From positions 1,240,001-1,304,000 of the forward strand of contig CBFFRQ010000069.1 of NCBI GenBank assembly GCA_965644315.1: DNA of 64,000 bases, read 5' to 3'. Shown here piece after piece: positions 9,901 to 22,400 of the stretch. Under the pieces are notes generated by a model, which was not told the DNA's origin, did not search any database, and saw only the letters and a program-made list of their open reading frames with translations. Source of the DNA: Caecitellus pseudoparvulus (lineage: Eukaryota; Protista; Bigyra: Bicosoecida). Both the position numbers and the translations under genes were made by a program. Position 1 is the first letter of the stretch. Every line of letters starts with the position of its first letter.

Positions 9901-12900
9901 GGGGGGCATTTGTGCGGGAGGGCCGGAGTGTTGCGGGCTACCCAATCCTCGTTTGCCGCGCTAGGTGCATGGTGCGTGCCGATCATGCTCCACTCCATTC
10001 CCCAGTCTTCTTGGGCTGGGGCACGTGTGAGGCTTTTTGCGCCTAGCTTCTTGAGCACACACAGCAACACGACGTTCAGCGCTGAGGTCCCTGGGCTTGC
10101 TGGTGCAAGCCACCCGCCGTTTGGGTTCGCATGGCACCTTTCAGATGCAGCCGGGAACTCTGTGGCCTTCCCTAACCAGTTAGTGGTTACCGCCGGGTTT
10201 GGGAGCTCTGCCCTTCAGCTCAGCTCAGAGGACTTGAAAGGTGTATATGCCAACTTGCGGGATGATGGGCCTCATCCCAGGGTGCTGAGCGTGTCCGTCA
10301 TGTATTACTCGGCAGTCCTGAGTGCCGCATGGCGTGGGACCCTCCAGGAGGCTGGCACGACGACTCTCCTATCCAGTAGTGCTTGCGCTTCATCGCTGCA
10401 GATCCAAGGGCCGTCCAGGACATACTTGGCACCCAACACCCCATTCTCTATTGCTCTTCGTGGGAGCACTCCTGCAGCTACCGAGTGTGGTGTTGTCCAA
10501 AGCACAGTCGACTGGAATGTGACTTGCAACGCCACCCAGCCCCTGGATGCACCCGCCGTTGCGACCAGCCTGCTGCCTTCTGGTCAGAGCCTTGACTCAA
10601 TCTGTGTTTTACAAGATAGTCGCTGGAAGCTGCAGTGCCCGCCGCAAGCCATTCCTTCAGGGGTGGCGTGCACTTTCACTGCAACTGCCACCAACTCAAA
10701 CGGCACAGGTGTTTGGCGCTCCTCAGCTTCCACGACTTTGCTTGCATCGCTGCCCCCCCTAAACCTGGATATTAGCATTGTCGGGGGAGCCCAGGTTGTC
10801 TCACGTGGCGAGCACGACATTCTCCTGACAGGGGTGTTGCCTGTCACAGCAGCACGCGGAGGGGAGGGTTCCCCGATCACCGCCGAATGGGAGTGCAAAA
10901 CACTGCCGCTGCCTTTGCTGCAGCAGGTTCTTGGCGTGGACCCTGACAGCTTGCCTCTGCAGCCAGGTACTCAGAATGCCGAAGCATGGGTAAGCCCATC
11001 CTTGGCGGGGATCAACCAAGGGTGTGCGTCGGGTGGCTGGCTTTGCCCTTTGCTGCGCAAACTTGACCTCGACGTCAAACCACCACCGGCTGCAAGGCTT
11101 CTTTCCTATGCGCGGCCTTTTCCTGAACAACTCCTTCTTCCTATGTCTCACGCCACACTGACCTCCTGCCCGGGCTTGCCATCGAACATGTCAGGCTTAT
11201 CGTCAGTGGGAGGTGCCGGTGACCAGAATTTCACCATGCTGGAGTTCCCCAGTGAAAGGCTTCCTGAAGGCTTGTATCAGTTTTCTTTGAAAGCTGTCCA
11301 GCAGTCAGGGCTTTTGCCCACGGGAAGTGACCTTCTACGCCGTGGACATGCGACGACCTGGCTGCTTGTAAGCCAAGGGGGGTTTCAGCAGACTATGCTT
11401 GTCCACGGGGCGCACCGCACCGTGACAGCGCCTTCTGTGGAATCCAAAAGGAGCCATTCTCGGCTACGGCTGCTTCAGTCAATTGTCCCGTTTGCTTCCC
11501 ATCGAGGGGAGGCGCTTGCCGTTTTTGCCGCAGGCTCTCCTCCTTGGCAATTGCCCTCAGCCCCCCGGCGGGCAAGCTCTCAAGGCTGGCGCTTGGTAGG
11601 TGTCACACCTCATCACGAGCTCTCCAGCAGTTCTTTTGACTTTGAGGAACTCCTGTCCTGTGCTGCATCCACTGCAGGCCAGACGGCTCCTGGGCTGCTT
11701 GGGCTGTGGGACGATTCGGGGGCAAGCCTGATGCTTGACTCGGACGGCTTGAGCACCACTGCATCGCTTACTTTCATGTCGGAATCCTTCAGTGTTGGTG
11801 AATCGGGATCCCCAGTTCGGGGACTTGGTGTTGTCCGTGTTCCAGGTCGCCCAGCGGCATCCGGTGGCCTCCTTTCGGTCGAGCCTGGCAGTGTCAGCAT
11901 GGGCAGCGCCATCCACCTGAGAACCCACGGGTGGGTTGCGCGTGAGGCCGGATGGTCCAACCTTGAGTACGCGTTTGGCTTCTATTTGGTGCCGGAGTAC
12001 ACGGCAAGTTTTGCATCTGTCCGGTTCGTGTCCCCCTGCGAAGCCAAGCACCTCACTCCTGGGCCAGGTGAGTTGGTCTTGGACCTCACAACCCTGAGCC
12101 TTGCCACAGAGTTCTCCGCTCTCCCTGAGGCAACTGTGCATCTGCCAAGGTTGCGCTCGACTGGCTTGCCCCAAAGCGGTGTGCTCTTCTTCGTCGCAGT
12201 GCGAGACACAGTATCCCACTCAGAGCTGGCCTTCACTGCGTCAGGGTTGGATGGGCCAGTCTTCCGGTCGCTCCTCGCGCCTTCAATCCCGCTCACAGGC
12301 CCTGATGCCGGTCGTTTCCTCTCTGGGGCGCTGCTCAAGTTAGAGTCTGGCTCGAGTGTGGACCTGCACAGTGTGCTTTCCCACGTCACAGACGCTGACG
12401 CATATGCCTGGTCCATCCTTGGACCTCTCCCTCCTCAAGTGCTTATCGGGGCGTCGGAGGCAACTGCCACTGTTGCAAGTGCTGCAGCCTCGCGTGCGGC
12501 CCTATCCACGCTGGCAACCATTCCTTGTCCTGGAGATGCGTTGATTGGGAGTTCTGCCAGTGGTCCATTTCGAACGCTGCGGCACTGCAGTGGCCATGGA
12601 AGCTGCATGCACGCTCCGCAAGGCTGCCGATTTGGGACTAGGGGTTGCACTGCTTGGTGCTCTTGTGATGCTGGGTACTCTGGTCTTTCTTGCAGAGGCA
12701 CGAGCAGTGCTGCTGCAGAGGCGCGAGGTTTGCTGTCCGGGACAGCCAAAGCACTGAGCTTGGTTGCGCGCCGAGTGGCAAGCGACTTTGAACTGCTCGC
12801 GACTTGGCACGATGTGAACATTTCGTTGTCTGCTGCCAGTGAAGATGCCGTTACCTCTCGCATGTCTGCTTTGCTGCGATCCAGTGCGCTTGCATCACAG

Positions 12901-15900
12901 CATCTCCATGCCGTACCCCCGTCCGACCAGCTTGAGATGCTGCAAAGCTTGGTAGATGCCTTGCGGGTTGGCGCAGACCTGCTTAGTTCTGATCGAGGTG
13001 CGGGCATTCTGTCTGCCCAGGCGCTGCGCTCTGTGGCACTTCCGTCCCCTGCCTCGTCCCTGCCCTCTGCCCTTCCTGAGAAGTTCGTCGGCCCACTCGT
13101 TGCACTGGCCGGTCCTTTTCGAAGTCATGCTGATGAGATTTCTCGGCTGCTTGCGGATGCCACCTGCAGTTCAATGCGAGGTGATGGACTTGGCCGCAGA
13201 GCTCCGCTGAGCTGCATGCGAAGTCCCGGGTTGCGCCAGGGTGCCCAGCGATTCTTGAACTCCCCGGTACCAGCAAGCACTTTTGCCCATTGGCGCGAGT
13301 TAAGAGGTCCACACATCCCTCTGGCGTCATTGAGCCACTTTACCGATGACGACGAAGCCAGAGCTTACATCGCAAGTGTGCGAGCCTCCACTCGCTTGCT
13401 CTACGACATGACTGCAAGGAGCATGCTGGACAACATGTTCGTTTCCGGGCAATCTTCAGCAGTGCAGCTTCCAAATGGCGACGTGTTGGCTGCCCAACGA
13501 GCTGCCGTTGCCAGCTTGGACCTAGGCCACCTCCAGGCTCTGGTGGTACAGCTGCAGCAGTCACCGCCATCCAAGTTGCCGGCTTCGTTCCAGCGCGGAC
13601 CGACAGCATCAACAGCCCAATCGGAGCTGTTTGTGGATGTTGTTGGTTCGGCACTGTCGGAAGAAGTTCAAGCCCAACTGCTGTCCGCAGTTAATGAAGC
13701 TGTAGCCACGTTGGCCGGCTTGGAGGTTGCCTCGGCCGCTGATCGACAGAGTCCTCTCTTACTTCGCGGTGTTGACGTTGTCCTCACCAGCTCTTCAACT
13801 GCAGGTGCCACCAGCTCCCCAACCGATGCAACTGATACTTCTTTGGAGGTGCGGTACTTTTTGTCTGCGACAGGGAACGAAGTTGCTGTGCAGGACCTCG
13901 AGCCTCTCCTTGTCGGAGTCCCAGTGGATTCAGATCTTCTTCCGAAGGATGCTGTGTGTGCAAAGTGGAACGAAACAAGCTCATCGTGGAGTACCTCAGG
14001 CACCGTCTTGCTCCAAGTCGTGCCATGGGCGAATGCCTCCATAGCAAGCGTCGTCACTGCAGCAAACTTTTCCTCTTCAGACGAATATGTTGTCGTGTGT
14101 GCCGCAAATTCGCCAGGGCACTTCACAGTGCTGCACGAGCCCTTCGAGGCTGGCGATGTCTCCCATGCTGGGGGTTCTGCAGGCCGCCCTGCCGTTGTGC
14201 GGCAAGTGACTCTGGGCAACACAATTTTCCCCTTCGTTGTGCTGTCCATCTTGCTGGCGATTCTCTTGTTCTTTTGGGCGCTGTCTCTCTGCCTGGACAG
14301 GAGGTCAGTGACTGACGTAAATGCGTTGCGTGAAGCTCAATTCTTGCGGTACGGCCGCTTAGATGCGCCAGGTGACCTCGACGGACCCCAAACCCCGCAA
14401 GTTTCCGATGGGACGCCGGGGTTCAAAGTATCAAGGCCTGGCAACTCCGGCAACGGCATCGCACCGTGGAAGCAGCAGGTCTCTCTTCGGCAACTGGCGG
14501 GCTCCGCAAAGTCTTTCATTAAAGCGACTGCCGTCGCCCAGAGGGACATGGAGCACCACCTAGCAGAGCTGAGAGCGGCCACCCATCGCAGCATAGCAGC
14601 CCTTGTGCTGAGCCACCTTTGGCACCGGTGGATTGATGAAGTGCGCATGTCACACACATGGTTGTCCGTGTTCATGACTCCGCCAACAGGGCGGGTCACG
14701 CCTACCCGTGGACAGCGAGTGCTCACACTTTGTGTTCTGTCACTGACGGCCATGGCTGTGTGCTCGCTATACTATGGGACACAAGCGTCGTCTCTGACCC
14801 GCGAGGTCATCGTGGGGGTGATCGCTGCTGGGTGCCTGCTGCCCATGGCCATGCTGCTGCCATTCCTGTTCAACCGCCTGAACGGCATCCCCTCCATCAT
14901 GCAGCGCCAGCTTGACCGCGAAGACTTGGCTAGGCGCAAGAGGCAGGTCCAACGAAGAAGGAGGCGAGTAAAGTTTGGCATTGCAGTGCAGAGCAAAGAC
15001 ACAATGATCGGTGTCCCTTTGAAAGGACCCCGGGTGACAGAGGCTTTGCCAGCGAAAGGCAGTCAGCTTAACCCTCGAGGATCGGGCAGCGGTGGCAGCG
15101 TGGCCACACACAAAGAGCAGTCACAGTCAACTGCACCCGTGGGGCGCCGGGTATTGGAGCCTGTTCCAGAAGGCGACGAGGCCTCTCACATTTCTGAGGC
15201 TGCGGAAAGAGATGTATGCCTCTCTTCAGCTGCTGCTGACTCGACGAGGGATCACAGTCCTGCAGTGGTGCAGACACTGCGTCCTGTACTAGAGCTGCCT
15301 GCATCTACATCGCGAAGCGCTACAAGCCTCGGGTCTTCCGCAGTGACCACAGCTCCATGGGCGGTCCAGTCGGAAGGTGCAGAGTCCTTGGCATCGCCCA
15401 TGCGCCCGCTGCACAGTGGGGCTTCTGGCTCTTCAGGCCACGGCAGTGCCGGTGGCATGCTGGATTTCAATGCTACCCTTGCCCCTGGCGACATGGCTGG
15501 AGTTGCTCACATGCTGCATGCACTGCAACATGGAAGGGGGGCACGGAGAACAGGGACGGCTCGCATGCCGTCTGGCCGCGTAAGCGTCGCATCCGTGGAA
15601 GGCTATGCAGACTTCGTTGACGCAGGGGACGACTTTGTGGAAGGAGGTGAAGCATTGAGCTCTCTGGCCGTGCAAGAGATGCTTCGCGCTGTGAATGTCG
15701 CAGCAGGTGATGCTGTAGTTGCTCCCGACTCCTTCCATCTGGAAAAGGTCACCTCACGTGTGCACAAGCGCACTGGTCAGCGCCAGCTTGTGCTAAGCGG
15801 CCGCAGTAGAAAGGGTGACCAGGAATCATCACGCTCCTACGTCATTGACTTGCACGTCGTTCCAAGCGCTGAAAGTGCCACACCTAGCGCCTCGTCAAGG

Positions 15901-17790
15901 TCGCTTGCTGAGGATGCATTTCTGTTCAGCGAAGAGGATCTGGACACGGGTTTTGATGTCCCCGTGGAAGGGGACCTGTCGTGGGGTAGACAAGGAACAG
16001 GCCCTGACGTTGTGGAATCGTCCTCAGCGGACGCATCTGCAGCTGGACGCGACTCAGAAGGCGAGTTGGACTGGCTTGCACCGTACACAGCCGCTGCATC
16101 TGCCTCAGGTGGGGGCAAGGAAGTGAACACGCCCAGCACGGTCCGCGCAGTGGCGGCTGTTGCGAGCGCTCCACACTTTGAGGTTGAGGAGGACTTGGAC
16201 ATTTCATTTTCCGTGTCCCCCTTCACGCAAGGCCCATCCCCAGGCAAGTTCAGGCCCCACACTGTCTCACGTAGTCTTGCTCGGCACCGCAGGGGTGGAC
16301 AACGGCAGCTCGTCGCTAATCCGGCGCAACCTCACTTCGAAGGTGACTTGCCATTGGCATCCAAGAGCCCGAGCCCGAGCCCGAGCCTGAGCATTCCTGC
16401 TGTGCGCAAACAAGCGAAGCCGACAATTATTCTGCCCGGCGACGATGGCAAGCCAGCGTTTTCTGTGAGCCAAGCCGCGTCCGATCAGGACCGCAAGTCT
16501 GCGCGCATCGAGCAGCCTGTCATGCTGGCTCTGACCCCCTCTGGCCCAATGGGGTCAGCCCTTCTCAGTGCACCCCCCCCAAAGCCAATCATTGGCAAGC
16601 GCCTTGGCCCGCTTGATGTGTCCTTAGGTCCGAATACGCGCCCAACTGTCCGCCGTAGCGAAGCGGCGCTACGGCGCCAGGCTGCAGCAAGGGCAGCTCA
16701 ACTTGAACGCCTTGCATCCTGTGTGCGCACCCGATCGTTTCTTTCTGTGGCAAGCCTCATTCAGGTCTGGGCTGGGCTGGCGGGCGTGGCGTTTGCCACA
16801 GTGCTCTTCACTGGTCTGTACGGTGCACAGGAGGCGCCCGCAGACTCTGAGCAGCCCGAAAAGCTTGAAGCAGAGCAGCAGGCCAGCATCTTCACGATCG
16901 CCACTGGCTCTGTCGTGCTTGTCGTCCTGGGCATCATTGCGAACATCGCCTCGCGCCGTCGTGCGCTGTGTGCCAACGGCTGCGACAGGGGATGGGGCCC
17001 AGTTTCCACGTCTGCCTTGCTCTGGCTCCTCGCCGTGGCTATGGAAGTGGGGACGGCGTACTGGGCTCTCGGCCGCCGCATGCCTTTTGCAGTGCAAGGC
17101 AGTCTAGTCATTTTTTCCATGCAGGCCATCCCCCTGCTCGTTGCAGGGTGCGTGTTCGTGGTGCTGCAGTGCCGCCACTCCCCTGTGCGACATACCCCTG
17201 GCTCCCCGACAGAGGAAGATGAACGCGCAACAGAAGCGGAAGTTTCTGCATTGCTCGAAAAGGTTGGCGCGTCAGCAGTCGCACTGCGTGCCGTCCGCCA
17301 GGTGCAGCGCGCTTTCCGTGCACATTTGCGCCGGGTGCGCTCTGAGCGGCAGCGAAACTTGGACCTGTGGGCCAGCATGAGGTGTGAACGCAATAGTCTG
17401 ACAGTGCTGGTTTATTTCACTGTGCTCACCTTGCTTGGCGGCATCGGGTATGTCCTTTTGCTCTTCGGCTCGCGGTTCACAGCCGACCAGGGCTTTGCTT
17501 GGGTGCGGTCGTTCGCCATCGCCGTCTTCTTGGACGTGGCCGTGCAGCAGCCTATTCTTGCATTTTGCCTGGTTTCTGCTCAGTTCATCGTGGTGGCTTC
17601 CAAGACTGGCGCAAAGCGCCTTGTCGTTAACACTCTCGTCGCCCAAGCACGGGCATCACAACTACTGTACGAGGCAGCCATGATCCGTGACAGGGCCGGC
17701 CCTGTCAACATGGACCGCGTGCAAGCTGCTACCACTGGAATGAGCGTGAAGCAGCTGCTCACATTTGATGGCAAAGTCTCCCGCGCGTGA
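6951..17790 (+). CDS. Giant polycystin-1/PKDREJ-like membrane receptor (signal peptide, REJ-like region, EGF, GPS, multi-TM, IQ)
   Basis: Exon 1 from ATG 6951 encodes a signal peptide (MWLLWRRGLRAALLLLLAAL); intron 7162-7237 joins it in frame to ORF 7090..17790. Contains EGF 'CSGHGSC...C.CDAGYSGLSC' (~12580-12700), GPS-like 'CAKWNETSSSWSTSG...VVCAANSPGHF' (~13955-14130), and PKD1-type 'HTWLSVF...TRGQR' and 'LLFGSRF...W..S...QQP' TM motifs. Confidence 0.8.
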
Positions 17791-17854
17791 TGTCGCCTGA
17801 GACTCGATTGCGTGTTCGAAGCAGAGCAATGCAGGTGTGTGTGGCATTGCCCCA

Positions 17855-18542
17855 CTAGAATGCTACATCCTTGATGCGAAAGACAGTGATCTGGCGCCGG
17901 TACCCCTTGGTGCGCTTGAAGGTGCTGCGTTTGCGATTCTTGAAGATGCGGATGCGCTTCGCATGCGTCTGCTGCTCCACATCGGCGACAACCTTTGCAG
18001 TGGCAATGCGAGGCCGACCCACGACAGTCTCCGTTTGGCTGCCCACAAGCAGCACGTTGTCGAAGGTGTACGCCTTGCCAACCTCAGCATCCTTCACCTT
18101 GTCTACAATCAGGACATCACCTGGTGTCACCTTGTACTGTGAAGCCCCGACGGCCACCACGGCAAACTTGCGGTCCACGTGCTCAGCGGGAGCACCAGCG
18201 GCACTGCTGACGACGTGGCTAGCCACAGCAGGCGGGTTGTACAGCTCCTGTGGTCAACAGACACAAAGACGAATGAAAAGCTAGGGTTCTATATCTCACC
18301 ATCGCAATCAGTACGTACAGTTGGCAAGGAGGGAGCTGACGGCTTAGCGAGCGGAGTGGCGGCGGAGGTGCAGAGCGGGGCAAATTCCGCAGCACACCAA
18401 GGAGCGCCTGCGGCCGTCAGAGGGTGAAAGCGCGAGCCATCATGATCCGGGCGGGCTGGAGTCAATGCAGGTCACGCAATCACTCACGAAGTGCTGGGCG
18501 GAGGCCCGCCGCGACCGAGCGGCTGGCAATGCTGAATGCCAT
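17855..18542 (-). CDS. MRPL21: Mitochondrial ribosomal protein bL21; exons 18542-18488, 18407-18319, 18247-17855
   Basis: bL21 motifs 'FAVVAVGASQYKVTPGD', 'VLLVGS...VGRP' and 'KGYRRQIT'. Two GT-AG introns (18408-18487, 18248-18318) reconstruct an Arg/Ser/Ala-rich presequence MAFSIASRSVAAGLRPALR. Confidence 0.9.
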
Positions 18543-18908
18543 GGCGCAAATGTGCTTGTTCGTTGCCGTGTTAGGTGACAAGCTTGTGCACCTCGCAAGA
18601 CAAGGCAAGGGTGAGCTCTCAGGGGCTTACTACCGGGTGCGGGTGGTGATGAAAGTACTCGGGTGCGCTTGAGTGGCATCCTATCCTCACAGCCCCGCCA
18701 CCCCCCTCCAGAAACACCGCCACGGGTACCCGGCGGCACCCCCCCTCCCTCAAGGGAAATGCTGAGATGGCCCAGCCCATTTGCACAACGGACATGGTCG
18801 CAACTCCCCGATGGTGGTTGTTGGTAGAATCTCCTGGTGCCACCTGGCGAAGTACCGTGCAGGCCTCGTTTCTCATCATTCCGACACAGCTGCGGAAATC
18901 ACTTCAGT

Positions 18909-19438
18909 ATGAGTGACCAAGACCAGCCACGAAAGTACGCTTCCTGGTTCACCCAGCAGGAAGACCTTGATGAATTCGAAAGCATGGAGTCTCAAGGTAC
19001 AGAGGGGGCCCCTCCGATCTTCATCTCAGTGGGGGCGACGCTCTCTTGCGTTGGTGGCATGCCGATCGGTACGTGTCCAACGCAAAGCACGGCATGTAGG
19101 TGTCGCCCCAATCACTGCCAGAGTGCATTCGTTCGGCAGCATACGCTTCAGGACATGGCATCATAGGCATGCTGACGGCTGGAGCAGCAACTGCTGGCTT
19201 TGCTTGTAGCACGTACTTCTTCAACAGGCCGCACGCTGGTAAGGATGGGCGGGTGCTTGACGTGACAGCGGGGCACCTTCTCGGTCTCGGAACTGGGGCC
19301 GCGATCTTGCCAGCACAAATATGGCTGTGGCGTAAAGCACCCCGGACTCGGTTCGCCGCGCTGCACATGGGCGGCATCGGCGCTGTGTCGGTCTTGTACC
19401 ACGGCTGGCGCATGCTGGACCCAACCTGGGGGCAGTGA
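18909..19438 (+). CDS. Small multi-pass membrane protein, 2 exons
   Basis: ATG 18909; intron 19069-19139 (GTACGT...GCAG) joins ORFs 18837..19166 and 19100..19438 in frame. Gly-rich hydrophobic segments. Confidence 0.65.
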
Positions 19439-19448
19439 GCTGCCGAGC

Positions 19449-22400
19449 TTACAGGCGACTGACCAGGGGCACAGTAGCTGCACTGGGGGTCATGGCTACG
19501 CTGTCCTGGCTGATCGCTTCACATTGAAGCACTTGGCCCGTGCAGTCCCGCACCACTGCTGCCATGCTCCGCACCTGCACGGATGCTTGGAAAGGGGTGC
19601 ACCGTCCTGTTGTGCTCAGCTCGGCAAGCAAGCCAGGCGCTGCAGTCTCAACAGCCGCCGTGCAGGCAGCTTCGTCAACCATGACTGAGCAGCCTAGACT
19701 TATGTCTGCGCCGGGTGAAAGGTCCAGCGGTTCGGGACTGAGCAGCTTGCTGCCGGGATCCAAACACAGCCCGACTGCTGCGTGGGCATCGTCCCCACCA
19801 GCCGTGACAAGCCGAAGCCCTTTCGCCATGTCTGTGCCGACAGACAGCGTGTCGTGGACAGCATGGATATCAGCACAGAAGCAGCGATGTGGCCACACAA
19901 GCGTTTGGCCAGGCGTGCGGGGGGGGATGCCACCTGGAGTGTGGACCCGTGGCACGACCGCCTTGCCAGGTGCGTGCAGGAGGGCGAACCAGCGTCCCTG
20001 GTCATTCTGCCACGCAGCGAGCGCTCCCCCCTCGCTACCATCCTCGTTGACGGTGAGAGCTGCCTGCTGGTGTGAGCCTTGCACAGCCTTCATGGAAGCA
20101 AGGGCTTGCTTTTGATGAATGGCTGAGGCAGCTGCCGCAACATCTGCGTCCAAGTGGCTGTGCAGGTGACTGCCACTGGCCAAGACGATGGGTCCATGTG
20201 GGCCTTCCATGGACAGCGTCCAAAAGCATGTGATGCCCTTTTCGGGCAAGATGCCTGGGAACGGCAAGCTGGTCCCACTCACGGTGAAGGCTGCTTCCCA
20301 CTCAATGCAAGTGCGAACTTGCAAAGCGACTATACGCGGGATGCGAAAGCCAGGTGAGGGGTGTGGAGGTTGGCCGGGCATGGACACGAGCAAAGGGCAG
20401 TATTCTGGCTCAGAGTGCACATCGGCAATGCTTTGAGCCTCCATGACGCGCGGCAAGCGAATGCTGCACATCCTCGATTTCGAGGGATGCCGAAGGGTCA
20501 GCGCGTGGCTGCAGAATGCTGCGAGCACTTGTGGAAACGCGGGAACCTCCATTTCCAAACCTTTGCGCTCGTGCACCACGTCTGGCCAGCTGTCCCACAG
20601 CTTCTGGCTGAATGCGGCGAGGTTCGTTGGCAGGCGCCACACCTTGCACGGTTGGCGTGACGCGGGCACACACAGCGTCATGGCAGGGCGTGGCCTGGAC
20701 TGTTGAGGGAGTCTTGCGGCCAGAACAGGCCCAGATAAACCCGGTGCAGGCCTTGGCGGGATGCTCGTATCCGCTGCTGGCGCTTGCCGCCCCGTAGGGA
20801 GCTGCGCTGTGAAGGCCTTGTTGTCTGGCAAGACCGGCGAACGGAGGCTGTATGAGGTTGCAGTGGCAATTGGAGAGGCTGTAGTGCTCTTGTTTCCATC
20901 TTCTGCGCCGGCAGCGCCGTCCAGAAGCGCTTGCTGCGTTGCACGCTGGCCAGCCGCGTCGGCCGGGTAGCACCTCCAGCAAGCTGATGCCTCAACGCCA
21001 TCCCCATCGATGCGAACCAAGCTTGGCAGTGTATCCAGGCAGTGGAGTAGGGAGTGAACTGCGCCAGCGCCTAGTGGGTTGCCCCGCACGTCGAGCACTG
21101 CCAGTCCAGGCTGCTCAGTGCCTAAGAGCGCGCGCAGCCCTGACAACACATACGGTGCCAAGTTGTCTACGGAAGCCCCCAAAGCGTGCCCTGCCAACGG
21201 TCTTCCCGCAAGGCAGACGGCGGGGGTCGAAGCGGACCAGCCACTGTGAGCATGCAGACCAGGAAGTGTGGCAGTCTCTTCCGCCGTCGCGAGGTTGTGA
21301 GCAGCTTCAGCCACAGCTTGGGCGGCACTGGCCGCTGCACCCTCAAGGTCACCCCACGCCGCATTCCCTGAGCACAGCTCATCACAAAGAAACTCGATAC
21401 CAGAGCTGCTAATGTCATTGTGCGAAATGTCAAGCCGGTGCAAACGGGGGTGCCTGGCAGCAGCTGCAAACAGGCTCTGGCAGCCGCCATGAGAAGCAGA
21501 GAGCGCGCAGAACCGCAGGGACAGGGACTCAAGAGAAGACAATGCAGGGAGAATATATCCATGGTGCTGAATGAGCACATTCGTCTCCACTGAGGGCTGC
21601 GCTTCTTTGCTTGCAGATGCTGTGTGAGGCTGCTTTCTCCTGCCGCGCTTTCGTCGACTCTTCGTGGCTGCCCCCTCAACGGCTGATTGCACACTCACTG
21701 GAAGCGAGGGCGCTAGCAGCACCAAGCGGGCATGCTCCTTGCTCAGCCACAGTGGTAGAGTGTCAAGGCGTGGCACGGCGGGGAGTTCAGTGTCCTGCCC
21801 CGCTGTGCTGGAGGCGGCGCCTTGCAGCTCGCGCGGCAGCTGCGCATCTGTAGCGAAGGAACGCGCCGTAAAAACTGAATCTAGCGGCCAAAACATGCGC
21901 CGGGCTTGCTCGGCAGTGGGCTTGGGGCCGCAGGCAACCTTGCACACGCCCTGGTGAGGGTCAGGCGCCTGCAGCGCCGCTGCGAGAACGTCAGCCCCCT
22001 GCGGACCAATGTAACAATGGGACAAGTCCAGGTGCACAAGATTCCCAAGAAAAGCAGCATGATGCGTGAGTCGCGCATAGTTTCGCTCGATCTCTCGCTG
22101 GGCCCGGCCCTCTGCTAGGGTCGCTGGCGTTCCCGTGCTGTGCTGGGCGGCGGAGCCCGCGGGTGGCGGTGCGAGCTCTTGCACTGCTTCCGGTACGAAC
22201 AAGCGTCGTATTCCCTGTGGGGAAAGGCGGGATCCGCGCAGGGACAAGGATGCCAGGCAGGGGAACCTGCCAGCCTGTACCAACGCCAAGAGATCCTGGG
22301 TCCCGCCCGAATGATCCTTCCCTCGCAGCGAGCGAGAGGAGGCCGTTGGTTTTGGTTGCACAGTGGTGGGTTGTTTTGCAGTTCGCCGAATGCCCCGACT

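Noticed and set aside
18645-18766. Possible C/D-box snoRNA (GTGATGA ... CTGA) in the divergent intergenic region
   Set aside because: There is no convincing terminal stem or recognisable rRNA antisense element, and such boxes arise by chance.
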